The notes under the pieces were generated by a model. It made no database searches, had not been told where the DNA came from, and saw only the letters and a program-made list of their open reading frames with translations. A stretch of 64,000 bases of DNA from Malacoraja senta (taxonomy: Eukaryota): positions 23,312,001 to 23,376,000 of the forward strand of contig CM075982.1 in assembly GCA_038087875.1 (NCBI GenBank). Reading direction: 5' to 3'. This document shows, in pieces, positions 13,380 through 27,214 of this stretch (position 1 is the first letter of the stretch; every line of letters begins with the position of its first letter). The translations under genes and the position numbers were made by a program.

Positions 13380-14840
13380 TTAACAATGGTAAACTTCAAT
13401 AAATATCCCGTGCCAAATAATCAGTCTGAAGTCCAGCCTAGATTGATTCAACTACTGACGGCGTACAACAAATGGTTCTAATACTCATCTTGAGTAATCT
13501 TTTATACTATATTACATTTACCCCAGCTTCCATTCACTCTTCTTCTCACCATGATGTAACACTTCACAGAAATATCGAAACTATGTCTTTGAGAGCATTT
13601 GCTTCTTCTGTTCTGGAGCAATCTAATCCCACTTCCCTGGCCTCTAAGAAAGGCACCGTTATTGAATACCCTCCAGTAGTGCTGGAGAGCTCCATTTTTG
13701 AAAGAATGGGTGAAAAATATCATACAAGGGCATTACATTTCTGGTTAGCTGATTTAGATGATGGTTAAAAGAGAAAGAGGGGCCTTGGTCCAGTTGCTTC
13801 TTCTACATGATTAGAGGGAAATTTGGACTGAGACAAAGTGAATTTTAACTTTAAAAACAAGCTCCTGGAAGAACTCGGTGGGTCAAGCAGCATCTGTGGG
13901 GCAAAGGAATTGTCAACACTGTGGTCGGGACCCTATATTAACAAGGTCCCTCCTGTTTTGCCACAGCTGCCACTGGACCCGAGGAGTATTTGCAGCATTT
14001 TCAGTTTAAATGTTATTTTTATAACTTTAGTCCACACCCTATCACTTCTGTTCACGCCACCACACCACTTTGCAGTACAAAGCGTTTTTTAGTTCTGAAG
14101 AAAGATCCTTGAAGGAGAATCTGTATTTTCATCTGTTGTCGTTTTTGTTTTTATGATAAGATGGTGATTTAATGGTTACTCTTCACCCGGTCCAGATTTA
14201 TTTACTTAACTAAATGTCATTTCTCCAGCTAAAGTCCAAGATGGGATTGGAGTTTGTATCAACAAACCTATAGCCCAGGCCTGTGGTTGAGCTATGCAGT
14301 AATATAATTACTGATCAACAAATCATCTAAATAATTCATGACTATGGGGCATTCCAAGAGCTTTATGGCTAATTATATTTTAAAAATGTAAATCACTATT
14401 AATTTGGTAGCGAAGCCTGGGGGCTAATTTGCATTTACTGAAGTCCACAAACAGGAATGAGGCAAATAACTTGTCTATCTGTACTGCTGATGTTCATACA
14501 GACTTAGAAATTGAAGTAAAGAACCAACTCCACAAAGAACTGCCATGGCATCATTTTATGCACACTTTGTCTTAGTTTAATAATCTGGTACCTTAAATAA
14601 TGCTGCGGTCTCTTAGAACAACTGTTAATGGAGTTTGATGTGATCAGCAATCAGCTAATGTTCATTTCCTATCTCATTAGTGGCTCAAACTCATTTTCAC
14701 TAGAAGACCTAATGTTCAGTTCTCAGTTTGCACCATAACTTGTCCTAACCCCAGGCTTGGGACAGGGGGCAGGTTGCAGGGATGGTAGAGGAGAGGGAAG
14801 AATGCAGAAGCAAGTTCTGACCCCCAGTCAATGCTTTTAG

Positions 14841-14978
14841 AGGGGTGGGAGATTGCAACGTTCACGTGGTCAACCCTGTTTCGACTAATGCAATCAACCC
14901 AACGTGCACAAACAAATAGATCAAATAGAACAAGTTGACCTACAACCTTGGGCTGTGTACGCTATACGCAAGAAGAAG
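14841..14978 (+). mobile_element. 138-bp 3' fragment of a non-LTR element ending (AAG)n, with 9-bp TSD; possibly Ingi/Vingi-type
   Basis: Ends gctatacgcaagaagaag. TSD TGCTTTTAG at 14832-14840 and 14979-14987. The family assignment is tentative. Confidence 0.65.
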
Positions 14979-15967
14979 TGCTTTTAGTACAGAGGAGGAT
15001 AAAAAATGTTTAAGTAGTGCTTAAGAAATAGGAGCAGAAATAAGAAATATTTCCCCTTAAGATGGTTGATCAACAGGATGACAGCTGATCTACCTGAATA
15101 CGATTTTTCTGCCCTATTTCAATATTACTAGCATCCAGAAATCTAGTGATCGCAGCGTTCTATGCAATCAATGTCTGAGCTTCTACAGCCCTCTACGACA
15201 CAGAAATTCAAAGAATTCATCACCATCTGAGAGAAGAAATTGCTCTAATTTCAGTCCTAAATATCCAAAATCCCCATATTTTGGGAGTGACCCTGAGTTC
15301 TAGACTCTTTGGCAGAGGAGAGCTCCTTCCCATTTCTTGCCTGCCAAGTTTGTTAACACTTTTGTATGTCTCAATAATACCACCTTTCATTCTTCTAATC
15401 TCTATAGCATAGTGACCAAACCTATTCTATCTTTCCAAGTATGCAGCAAAAAGATTGGCCTTTTGACATACCAAGTCCATGCCAACCACACCAAGCACTC
15501 ATTTATACTAATCCTAAACTGATCCCAAATTCTTCTTCTATATGGTGGCCAATTAACCGATCAACCTGCACGCTGTTGTGATGTGGGAGAAAACTTGAGC
15601 AGTTGGAAAAACACCAGGAGTTACAAGTACAGAATTTAACCCACAACATGAGGCAGCAGGTCAGTAGATGAATCTTCACTGCCTTCCTTCTGTGGCATGT
15701 ATATTCTTACTTGGACAAGGAGACCAAAACTGGTCACAATACTCAAGATGTCCTCTCACCAAAGGCCTGTATGTCTGCAGTAAGAATGAAGTCCTCTTGC
15801 AATGAAGACCAATAGTCTGTTTTCCTTCCCAATTACCTCCCCCTGCATGTTAGCTTTCCATCACTTTTAAGTTGCACTTCTTTTCAAAAATGGTTTATTT
15901 AATCGAATTCTATGTCAAATTTTCCCAGTGAGGTAGTGAGGACATTTTTTAGTTGGAGAACTTTTTA

Positions 15968-16186
<219 letters not shown>

Positions 16187-17147
16187 TCAGTTACTTGCTC
16201 TACTGCGCATCCACAGTTTGATTAGAGAAACCACTAAAAGATCTAATGCTAAGATGTTGTAGCTAGGCACAAAAAAACTGTCTGAAATGGCATCACATCA
16301 ATGCTAAAAATCAGTGGTTAGGTAGTAAGTAATTTTATGAACACCTGACAAGGCATAACTTCAACAAAGCTCAATGACTGGACGGTGATTAAATCTTTAA
16401 TTAGCAACTTAGCTAAATGTCACTGCCGTATAACTGGAAGTATTCCTGTACCTGGATTAAAGATTCTCAGGGTTAGAAATTATTTAATCAAAACACAAAA
16501 AACATGCAGTTGATAGAAATTTTAAATAAGAATAGAAAATCGCAAAGACCTTGAAGTAAGTAAACATAAATATGGACATTGACAGTTTGCTCAGTCAAAA
16601 ACTCCGAGGATGTATGAGAGAAGTTGATTCCAGAATTATACAGGACAAAAGAGAAGGACATTTGCCCCATAATTTCCGTTTCGGCTCTTCGAAAGAAAGG
16701 ATATCTAATTAATTAATCCCTTTTCTTATTGTTCTTGTTCCATTGAAAATATTTCCTTTTCAAATTCGCCAACTTCCTTGGGAAGGTAACACTAAATTTG
16801 CTCCCACTAGACTATATAGTAATGTACGATCAATCAATAGCATGCAAAATATAACTAGAACATTAAAGGAATGTGTACTTCATCACCAAGGAAATAAATA
16901 TCAACCAACTTCTCAAATTGTTCATAGCAAAGTTCTGACCAAGTGTTTTTAAGACAGTACTATCTACTTAAAATATAAGTTTTCAGGTTTGACAATGTAC
17001 AAATTGTTCAAATGATCTAAGATCACAAAGCAATGATTCTCAGTACTACATGATCAGCCTAATCCCTCACATTACACCACTTCCCCCTTCCCATACTGAA
17101 GTTGTGAGTTTTCAGTCATTGTTTCACAGAATTCATTTCCTAAACAT

Positions 17148-17522
17148 TTATATAAAATTATAAAAGGACTGGACAAGCTAGATGCAGGAAAAATGTTCCC
17201 AATGTTGGACGAGTCCAGAACCAGGGGCCACAGTCTTAGAATAAAGGGGAGGCCATTTAAAACTGAGGTGAGAAAAAATGTTTTCACCCAGAGTGTTGTG
17301 GAATTCCCTGCCACAGAGGGCAGTGGAGGCCAAATCACTGGATGGATTTAAGAGAGAGTTAGATAGAGCTCTAGGGGCTAGTGGAATCAAGGGATATGGG
17401 GAGAAGGCAGGCATGGGTTATAGATTGGGGACGATCAGCCATGATCACAATGAATGGTGGTGCTGGCTCGAAGGGCCGAATGGCCTCCTCCTGCACCTAT
17501 TTTCTATGTTTCTATGTTTCTA
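17148..17522 (+). mobile_element. Young CR1 LINE 3' fragment with (TATGTTTC)n tail
   Basis: Encodes KGLDKLDAGKMFPMLDESRTRGHSLRIKGRPFKTEVRKNVF and LWNSLPQRAVEAKSLDGFKRELDRAL. Octamer tail at about 17505-17520. Confidence 0.9.
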
Positions 17523-19819
17523 ACTCACCTTAAGTGCATCCATGTTATTTGCCTAAACATACTGTGATGAGTTCCACATTTTATCCAACTGAGAAGCAAG
17601 GAGCCTCCCAAATCCTTTATTAAATTTATGTGTGATTATTGTATCTTTACATCCAGTAACCTGGTTTTCCCTATGTCAGAACTGTTTTGAGGCTCCAAAC
17701 CTATCCATCTATTCCTAATTATCTCGACATCAGTCAGATTTTCCCTGAGCATTCTCTCTCGACTTGTTCAGTTTTCTCTCCCAATTTTATCAACCTTTCT
17801 TGATATTTTAACTTCTCAGTTCTGGGATAATCTTTGCTCTATGTCCATTTTGAATATAGAAAACAAACTCTGATTATCAACACACACTCTGCTTGTGGGC
17901 TCATCTATCTTTCAACAGGTTTATTCCAATATGATCAATGGTCCTGTGTGACGGAAATAAAATTATCGTTAATTTTCCCCTCAATTTATAAACCACTATT
18001 TTTTTTTTTTTTAACTAACCCAAGAGTCTGTCAGTAGTTTCTGTGTAAAACTTGCACCCAACAAACAGATCTCCACACCTCAAAAATCACAATACATTTC
18101 CAATGACCTGCACATGACAGGTTTAACCATTGACAATCAAAACAATCATCTTGAGCCAGAGGATTGTCGGTGGGTTGAGTCCAACTCCAGAATTAGATTG
18201 TGGAGTGTTTGATTTAAACTTAAGTAATAAATAGGAATAAGTATACCAACATAAATAAGTCAGATTCTTGAATAAATGTTGAGCAAAGTTTGAGAATTTA
18301 CTACTGGGTTGTCTGGAATAATGCAAGTAGCATTTTGATTAAAGTTAGTGCCACCTCTGATCTTTAATTTAGGTTGGCTAACAACAGGGATCTGACACTG
18401 CCCGGCTTCCACATTAAAGGAAGAATAGATATCTAATTTAACCTACAGATCCAATCATAACATGTTAGGCCACCTGCTCCTAATCTGCTCAAAAGCTTAG
18501 ACAGTTGAGGACAAAATTTGCAGTTGCACTATCACAATCTCAGCTCGCTGACTCTCTATTTCTCCAAGCCCTTTGCCTCAGTTAAGCGTTTGGCCAACAG
18601 CAAGATAGCAATAATTAAGTATTCAATCTGAGGAAGAGCAGAACAAGCCTCAAATCAACTTTACTCATCAGCATCAGGAGGCCAGATCATTCTTTGGTTA
18701 CTGCTTGTCCGAGGCTTGTAGACTTGTAAAGCCTGTGGGAGGTAGATAGTAGCGTGCGGTGCATTCGGAGACCATTAAACTGCCAGTAAGACCACCGAAT
18801 TATAATCCAGGCTCAGTGTGTGGAATTTTCGAGTGCTGTTGATTGGAGTTCCTAAAAAGTTACATTTGGAGTTTTCAACAAAACCATTGCATATACTTTT
18901 CACATAGTTACTTTCTTATTGTATATGTGCATACATGAAAAAATCTTTTGTCAAATGGGAAGCTGCAGGAAAACAAGCTTTTCATCTCTGGGCTTTGGAA
19001 TCAAATCCAGTCCTGATTAATGAGATGAAAGCTCCTCTACCGCTGACTCAAAGTGCTAGGAGTTTGAGCTGTCACACTCAGTTCCCAGTGGGTGATGTTG
19101 CTCAGTACAAAATTGCCCTTAATTTGGTGCCAATTAACACTAACATTGACACAGGAGACGACGGGAGCACTAACTAGAAAAATTGTATATTGACCCAGCT
19201 GTGAGTGTTCCTCAGCAGTGGGGCATCTTGTATCACAGTAGATGGAATTTCATCTGCATCTGGACATGGTGAATCTGTTCTGAGAGCACTGGGGGGCTGA
19301 GATAGAACCATTATATTCCCCAGCCCTATCATTCATCATCTTAATGAGCATTATATTGCTAAGAAATGGAAGCACACTTGCCCCTAACTTTTTGCTGTTA
19401 TTTTGGCAAATCTGTAAACATCATAATTCACTTTGAAACAGTTTTGCCAACTCTGTTATAGGAACAGAGATTGATCATTCAGCCCTCAGGTTTGATTCAA
19501 ATGAAGAAAAAAGCTCATATGTAGAATAAATCTGTCCACCTAGTTCTGTAGCCCCAACATTTGTCTGTCAATACTGTGAAACGAGCAGTATTGGATTGGT
19601 TCTTTGTAGTGACCACAGATGTTGCAACACTGCCTGAAATAGATTGTGACCTCAAAATACACTTGGCTTACAAAATTATCAGTCTAAGACTTAAACTGTC
19701 ATCTACTGCATTTTGTGAATGAGACCTGAGTGAAACACAGTTCCTCTGTCCTGTTAACTTTCCACTTAAACTGCCCTAATCCTTCATTTACATGGAGCGT
19801 AAAACAGTATCTAACATTA

Positions 19820-20640
19820 CTATCTTATCTATTTCCACCATCTCCCTTGACAGCACATTCCAGGCATCACCTCTCTGTGTAAAAAACAGCCTCAAATATC
19901 TCCTTTAGACTTTCCCCCTCTCACCTTAAATCTATGCACTCCAGTATAGGATATTTTCACTCTGGGAAAAAGATTCTATGTACCTTATCAATGCTTCTCA
20001 TAATTTTATATTCTACTATCAAATCTCCCCTCAGCCTCCGAAACTCCAGAAAAAAACAATCCAAGTCTGACTAAACTCTCATAGCCAATACTTTCCCAAC
20101 AACATCTTGGTGAATCTCTTCTGCAGCCTCCCCAAAGCTTCCACATGTTTCCTGTAATGCAATGATCAGAGCTGCACACTATACTCCAAATGTGGACTAA
20201 CCAAAGTTTTATACAGCTGTAACATGACTTGGGAACTTTTATATTCTAGGCCCAGACCTATGAAGGCATACATGCCACACACGTTCTTTGCCACCTGTCT
20301 ACTTATGCTGCCACTTTCAGGGAGCTGTGGACATGCAGCTAAGCATTATTCTGTACATCAATGTTCCTAAGGGTAATGCCATTTACCTCACACTTGTCAG
20401 GATTGAAACCTATCTGCAATTTCACTGCCCATATTTTCAACTGATCTATTTCTTGTTCTATTCTTTGACAATCTTCCTCACTATCCTCAACTCCACCACT
20501 TTTTGTGACATCTGCAAACTTCCTGATCACAATTAGCTCAATTTTCCAACCAATCATTTATGCATATCGTAAACAAGGTCCCAGCACTAATCCCTGTGGA
20601 GCACCACTAGTCACAGACCCCCAGTCAACCAATTTTGAAT
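19820..20640 (-). mobile_element. Decayed CR1 LINE (RT C-terminal half)
   Basis: ORF 20339..20557 has RKFADVTKSGGVEDSEEDCQRIEQEIDQLKIWAVKLQIGFNPDKCEV. The minus strand near 20580-20610 reads SGAPQGLVLGP. Confidence 0.85.
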
Positions 20641-22769
20641 CCTACCTAGCAAGTCTCGCAGGTTTTTTTTACAGATCTCCAATATTTTGATAATTAATAA
20701 ATCGGAGTTTTCAAAGAAAATGAAAACAATGGTAATTCTTCATTAATTTTTCTTCCTGGCTTTCCTGTAATCATATTCAAGAGACTAATCTTCAGCTCCT
20801 GGAGACCTCCACATGGAAAGTTAAAATGCACTGAAATTTGAAGTATAATTAGCAATCTTGCTGACTGCCTTACTAAAGTGGGATTCAGAAAAACAAAATT
20901 GTAATTTCATCCAAAGATTTTAAACGTTTTAACGGCTCAACTGTAATTATCAGTATGTGTGTTTAAATGAAGAAATGCCCAGAAGAATGATTTGAGAGGT
21001 TTATTATTCATTATCAACACTCAAGCTGTCCAGCTACACAAGAGGAAATAGTGTTATTAGCACAAAAAGGTTAAGAGGCAGTTTCCTGCAAAGGTCAGAG
21101 TAAAAATGATGGCTGCTAATGACTAGAAACATGAATTACAACCAAAAAGTGCTGACAGATGTTTCAGAGTCTCACCCCTTGGGCTGGAAAGAGAAAGGAG
21201 TCAATGGCAGATGTGAGAGAAAGAGTGATAGTGAATCACCATTAGTTTTTAACCATCAAAAGTAAATTGCAAATGAAAAAAAAAGTAAAGCAACACTCCA
21301 ACCCTCCCTGTTGCCAACATATCTCCCCCAAGTCCAAATATTAATTGCCCAGGAAGTTCAACATTACTTGTGGTCAAACAGTAACATGCTCCTCTCCTGA
21401 ACTTATCCAGGTACAATATAAGCACAGTCGTATCATATTTACCACACATAAAGTAGTCTATTCATGAGGTTCACCAATGGATAGCAGATTAAATATGTTC
21501 TAACATTTTATCTGTTTCATTTTCTATCTTTTTGCCATTCTCTGTTAATGTAATTCCACTATATCCATTCCTTTATAATTTTATTCATCTCCAACACTCT
21601 CTCACTTCCCATATACTCCAAAGCTGTCCTTACAACAAGGCAATTGTTTGGATAGGCGACATTGCGGGTTGGGACCTTCTTCAGACTGATTAGAGGGTCC
21701 GGAGCCTAAACATCATGTATCAAGTACTTCTACCGATGCTGCCTGACCCACTGAGCTACTCTAGCACTTTGTGTTTTGCTCTAGGCCCCAGCGTCAGCTG
21801 TTCCTTGTATCTATAGTTCGATTGTTGTTACCCTTCTCTCAACACTCTCTGTAATGTCAATATCACTTACCAAATGGAAGGAGAAGTAGCAAAATAATAT
21901 AACTAGAGTGGATAATGTAGTTAATTATCCAAGATATATTACAAAATTTGAGGAATCAAATTATGAGGAAGTAGGAGTTTTACAAGGTAATAAAACCTGT
22001 TTTGATAACTCAGGGCAAAAATATACCAGCATTAGGAGGATACTCTTTAGCATTCCCATGTCATCAGACTTGGGAATCTGGAGACCAGTATACTCTCCAG
22101 TCTTTCCACTGATGTCCTTAGCTGAGAGTTTGTGACCAGATTACCTTTAGCTAGAATCATCCTCTTGGAATGTACGCCTTCCTTCCATCAACATCCCTCC
22201 CAGTAAATCTCTGGCAAGTCCAAAGTGTACCAGGTTTGTTTTCCTGTTTCACCTCCAAATCCAAACACATTCCTGGGTGAGTGCTAATGATAATATAAAT
22301 ACAGTTTGTCCACAAGCCGTTCAAGGTCATGTATTTCTGTGCAATTCGTAAAATGAATCCAAGACCAAAATATTCCAGTTTCTCCAGATTAAAATGTAAA
22401 TTTATTAAGTGGCTAACTTGTAAAGGTGAAATATGCAAGAGGGAATCTAGCACAGAGCAGAGTGGAACCAACGAAAACAGGACTAAAAAGAACCTCAGAT
22501 TATTTATATATAAAGGTCTTGCATTTATGTGGTGCCTTTCATGAGCTTCCATAGTTCGGTCTCTTCCTCCAGATGGTATGCAATATTGAAGTTCCAGAGA
22601 GTGTTATAAAAAGGGAAGCAACTATATTAACTGCCCAGACTACTTGTCATAAAGACAGCTTTATTAAATGTGGGGAAATATGCACCATGGGATGTCTCAA
22701 AACATTTTACAACCAAGTAAATGCCAAATACTTCTCTACTCACTTTACACACATGAATATGTGGCTAAG

Positions 22770-23590
22770 CCCAGCTCCAATGCCATCTATAACACCATGG
22801 TTGCCAGCTGTATCACATATGGTGAAGAGTCAGTGTACAAGAGAGAGATAGAACAGCTGATTGAGTGGTGCCACAATAACAACTCTCGCTCAATGTCAAC
22901 AAGACCAAGAAACTAATTGAAAGGGGAATTTGGGAGACCACTTGCCAGTTTTCATTGGTGGGTCAATGGCGGAAAACATTTCAGATGACCTCTGCTTGGC
23001 CCAGTACATTAATGTAATCACAAAGGTGTGAAATTTCGCATGTCACCAAATACTATAACAAACTTCTACAGATAAACTGTAGAAAGAATCCTGACTGGTT
23101 GTATCATGGTCTGATTCATTCCAGCACAAGGGGCTGCAGAGAGTGGTGGGCTAAGTCTGGCTCATCATAGGCACAACCCTCCTTACCATCAAAAGCAGGT
23201 AAGACAGCATCTATTATTAAGGATCCTCATCATCTGGGCATGCCCTCTTCTCGTCACTACCATCGGGCAAGAGGTACGAAAACCTGAAATTCCACACCAC
23301 CAAGTTCAGGAACAGCTACTTTCCTAAAACCATCAGATTCTTAAACCAACCTACACAAGCCTATTCCTATCTCAGCAATGCAACACTATGGACAATCTCT
23401 TGCACTACCATAGACTTGTTTTTATTTGTATTTTGCAGTTACGTCTTGTTTATGCAGAGTCTTTATTTTTATTGTCTTACATTATTTACCGTGTGTTATT
23501 TAGGTCTTTGTGCCTGCCATGCTGCTGCTCATTGTACCTGTACCTCACCGTATTTGTACATATGACAATAAACTCAATATGACTTGACTT
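22770..23590 (+). mobile_element. Rex1/Babar LINE 3' part
   Basis: ITYGEESVYKREIEQLIEWCHNNN...NVNKTK, TNFYR*TVERILTGCIMV* and HPHHLGHALFSSLPSGKRY-like motifs. Tail tgacaataaa...gacttgactt. Confidence 0.8.
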
Positions 23591-24149
23591 AATCTAAAAG
23601 ATAGCAGCTTGGGTGGTGCCACACTTCCTCGGAACTGCGTTGGAGAGCCACTCAACGTCATAAAAAAAACTTTACAAGAAAAGGTGCAAGAAGGGTCACC
23701 GTCATTTGGCAGACATGCCAGATGTGACTCTGTACACAGATGCTACATTCTGCACTTCATTCTATAGAGCTCGAGTTTGCAACTGAACAACAACCTATGA
23801 GGTATTCCCCAAAATCCAAGCGGTCAAAGAATTCTTGAAACTGACCTATCAATCATGAGGAAAAAATAGCTAATCTTGTCAAAGAGGATTTCAAAATAAT
23901 GAAAGAAAGAATCTTGGAAAATGTAAATTATTCACCACAAAATGGTTCTCATTTTAAATGTTGCTGCACCACATGTGAACATGAAATAAAAGCAATTCTC
24001 TGTCAGAGTTAAATTTACGATAGCTATTTTGAATGTCTTTTCAACTTCTGGAAATGATACAGTATTTTCAAAAAATAAAAACCTATTCATCTGGGATGTT
24101 TGTGGCAGAGCCTGCACAAGAACATCAAGTGCACTTAATGTCTACCTCA

Positions 24150-24520
24150 GACATGATCTAATAGCAGACGTTAGTGATGAGCAGCTTGACTTTTTAACAA
24201 TACGACAACATGTCAGGACAACTAAATAGCTAACAGATGCAGGAAGGGACACTCTGTCTGACACTCTGCTACAGTAATTGATTGGACACTCAGAGTGTGA
24301 GCAACATGTTATATCAGCCAATTGAAACTATGGCCGCATGGAAGTGGTTAATAACTTGCCGTAATAGGATTTACGTGATTGATGGAAGTACTCGTCCTAC
24401 AAGGATGTCAGTCCCAGTCCTGGCAATACGTAAAACACCCGACAATGTCTGCCATCACTATTAAAAGCACAATGGGATCTACGATAAAATAGTCAGACTT
24501 AAATTTATTTTAATATCCAT
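24150..24520. promoter_or_regulatory. Candidate conserved non-coding enhancer
   Basis: Repeat-free with retained CpGs. PBX-HOX consensus TGATTGATGG at 24376-24385 and TAATTGATTGGACA at 24275-24288. Conservation not tested. Confidence 0.35.
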
Positions 24521-24939
24521 TTCAAAGAACATAGGAACATGACAAATAAGAGCAGGAGTAAATCACAGAGCCCTTCGAGCCTGCTCAGTCACTCATTAAG
24601 ATCATGGCCTCAGCTCCATTTTCCTGCCTCTTCCCCATGGCCTCAACTCCCATATAAGTGAAAAAATCTTAAATATATTCAATAATTCTACATCCACAGC
24701 CTTTTGGAATAGAGAACTGCTAAAATTCATGTACCCGATGAAAGATTCTTCCTCATCTCCATCTTAAATGAGCAACTCCACATTCTGAAACTATGTCCCT
24801 TAATTGTAGTTTCCACCTCAAATGGAAATATCTTCAATGATTACTTATGAAACCTCACAGAATCTTAAGTTCACCTTTCATTCTTCCAAATTCCAAAGAC
24901 TCAACATGCTCAACCATTCAGTTAGTTCATCTATTGTGA

Positions 24940-25130
24940 AGATAGACACAAAAGGCTCAGCGGGACAGGCAGCAGCTATGGAGAAAAGGAATGGGTGATG
25001 TTTCGGGTCGACCCCTTCTTGAAACGTCACCCATTCCTTCTCTCCAGAGATACTGCCTGTCCCGCTGAGTTACTCCAGCTTTTTATGTCTATCTTTTGTT
25101 TGAACCCGCATCTGTAGTTCCTTCTTACAG
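24940..25130. mobile_element. Palindromic Penelope-terminal-repeat insert
   Basis: Inverted arms ctcagcgggacaggcagcagctatggagaaaaggaatgggtgatgtttc / gaaacgtcacccattccttctctccagagatactgcctgtcccgctgag. Confidence 0.75.
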
Positions 25131-25150
25131 TTAATTTATTGTCATGTGTA

Positions 25151-25234
25151 TACAGTTAATCCTCATTATAATGGACCATGGGGGTGGGAGGGGGGGGAGG
25201 AGTGGTATCCGTTATTGTCGATTATCCGCTATAA
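25151..25234 (+). mobile_element. Possible Tigger/pogo-like MITE end, truncated by the adjacent CR1
   Basis: TA followed by CAGTTAATCCTCATTATAATGGACC and internal tccgttat/tccgctataa repeats. No clear right TIR. Confidence 0.3.
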
Positions 25235-26118
25235 GTTCCGCAGAGGTCGATGCTGGGGCTGCTACTCTTCACGTATATTAATGATTTGGACCAGGAGATT
25301 GAAGGCTTTGTGGCCAAGTTTGCGGATGATACGAAAATAAGAGGAAGGGCAGGTATTGTAGAGAAAGCAGGGACTCTGCAGAGGACTTGGACAGGTTGGG
25401 AGACTATTTTTTAAATGGGGAGAATCCAGAAATCGGACTTGGGAGTGCTGGTGCAGGATTCATAAAAGGTTAATCTGCAAGTCGAATCGGTAGTAAAGAA
25501 AGCAAACTCAATGCTAGCATTTATTTCAAGAGGGCTTGTATACAAAAACAGGGATGTTATGCTGAGGCTCTATAAGGCACTGGTAAGGCCATATTCGGAA
25601 TATTGTAAACAATTTAAGGAAGGATGTGCTGGCTCTGGAGAGGGTCACCAGAGTGAATTATCCCAGGAATGAGTAAGTTAACCTATGACGAGCGTTTGTC
25701 GGCACTGGGCCTCTACTCGCAGGAGTTTAGAAGAATGAGGGGGGACCTCATTGAAATATACAGAATAGTAAAAGGCTTGGATAGATTGGATGTGGAAAGG
25801 ATGTTTCCACTAGTGGGAGAGTCTAGGACTAGAGGTCATAGCCTCAGAATTAAAGGACATTCTTTTAGGAAGGAGATGAGGAGAAATTGCTTTTGTCAGA
25901 GGGTGGTGAATCTGGAAAACAGAAGGCTGTGGGTGCCAAGTCAGTCGATATTTTTAAGGCAGAGATAGATTCTTGATTAGTGCAGGTATCAGAGGTTATG
26001 GAAAGAAGGCAGGAGAATGGGGTTAGGAGGGAGAGATAGATCAGCCATGACTGAATGGGGAAGTAGCCTTGATGGGCCAAATGGCCTAATTCTACTCCTA
26101 TCACTTAGGACCTTATGA
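25235..26118 (+). mobile_element. CR1 LINE, RT core to 3' end, internally deleted
   Basis: VPQRSMLGLLLFT-YINDLDQEIEGFVAKFADDTKI motifs and ORF 25669..25968 LTYDERLSALGLYSQEFRRMRGDLIEIYRIV. CR1 3' UTR present. Confidence 0.9.
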
Positions 26119-26754
26119 TAACCGAGCAAGGTGTTATCATTACATGTAGTTGAAACAAGGAACTGCAGATGATGGTTAGTGCATAGAAGGACACAAAGTG
26201 CTGGAGTAACTCAGTGGTTCTGGTAAGGTCTCTGGAGAACATGGATCGGTGACTTTGGGACCCTTCTTCAGACTGATTCAGTCTGCTGAGTTACTCCAGC
26301 ACCCCATGTGGTTTCACCGTGAAACGAGTGGGCTCATCCCCATCAACTATACTGCCGTCTGGCGTGCCTCTCCGCTCAGTCCGCTGCCAATGACTGGACG
26401 CATCCGGCCATTGTAGGGCTACCTCCAGTGTCACAGAACCCATATCCTCCTTGCCCCATGTGCCTCACTCACTGCTCGCTCAAAACCCTCTCACCATCAA
26501 TTCTTCACACCTCGCTTTTTCATACACCTCCATCCCTCCTCATGCTTCTCCTTCTGACTTGCGCACATCCCTCTCCTAGCTATGTAACCCCAAGAAAAAA
26601 CGTCAGGAAATCCTTTCCTCTAATCACTGTCTCGTGACATGCTCAAACATTTCAGTGTTTATTTGATCAGTTCTTATTGCATCCTGACACCCATGCTGAA
26701 TGCCACGTGTTGGCACAATCATGCTGGTGACCTCTCCCCCCAAAATCTCAAAGA

Positions 26755-27012
26755 TATTGAGCTGATGCCTCACAGCCCCACAGATCCCAGTTCAATCCTG
26801 ACTGGGTACTGTCTGAATGGATTTTGCACACTCTCCCTGTGACTGCGTGGGTTTCCTCCAAGTGTTCTGGTTTCTTTCACATTCTAAAGATAATTGCCCC
26901 ATGTAGGGAGTGGATAAGAAAGTGGGATAACATGGAACTAATACAATCAGGTGATTGAGGGTTAGCATGGACTCAGTGGGCCAAAGGACCTAATTACATA
27001 CTGTATCTCTAG
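26755..27012 (+). mobile_element. V-SINE/HE1-type SINE (other copies about 12890-13110, 15420-15660 and 37260-37552 on minus)
   Basis: cccagttcaatcctgac B box, then gtgactgcgtgggtttcctccaagtgttctggtttc V-like core, then ggactcagtgggccaaagg tail. Confidence 0.8.
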
Positions 27013-27214
27013 TGAACTATCCTGGACTGCATTTTTGTCTTTATCCTTTGCTGCATTCGTTATTTCAACAAAAAAAATCATATTTTTCCTCAGAATCCAT
27101 AAGGTGATTGATGGTTAGCATGGACTCAGTGGACCAAAGGGCCTAATTACATGCTGTATCTCTAAAGTGAACTATCCTGGAAAAAAAAAAAACTTTTCCT
27201 CTCAGACACCATAA
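26950..27214 (+). repeat. Local tandem duplication of SINE tail plus unique flank (26950-27102 and 27103-27214)
   Basis: Both units start ggtgattga.ggttagcatggactcagtgg and end ...tcaga..ccataa. The second unit is about 40 bp shorter. Confidence 0.8.

Noticed and set aside
18600-18860. Possible poison exon after tttttag on the minus strand
   Set aside because: All frames stop quickly and there is no convincing donor. It cannot be distinguished from unique intron.
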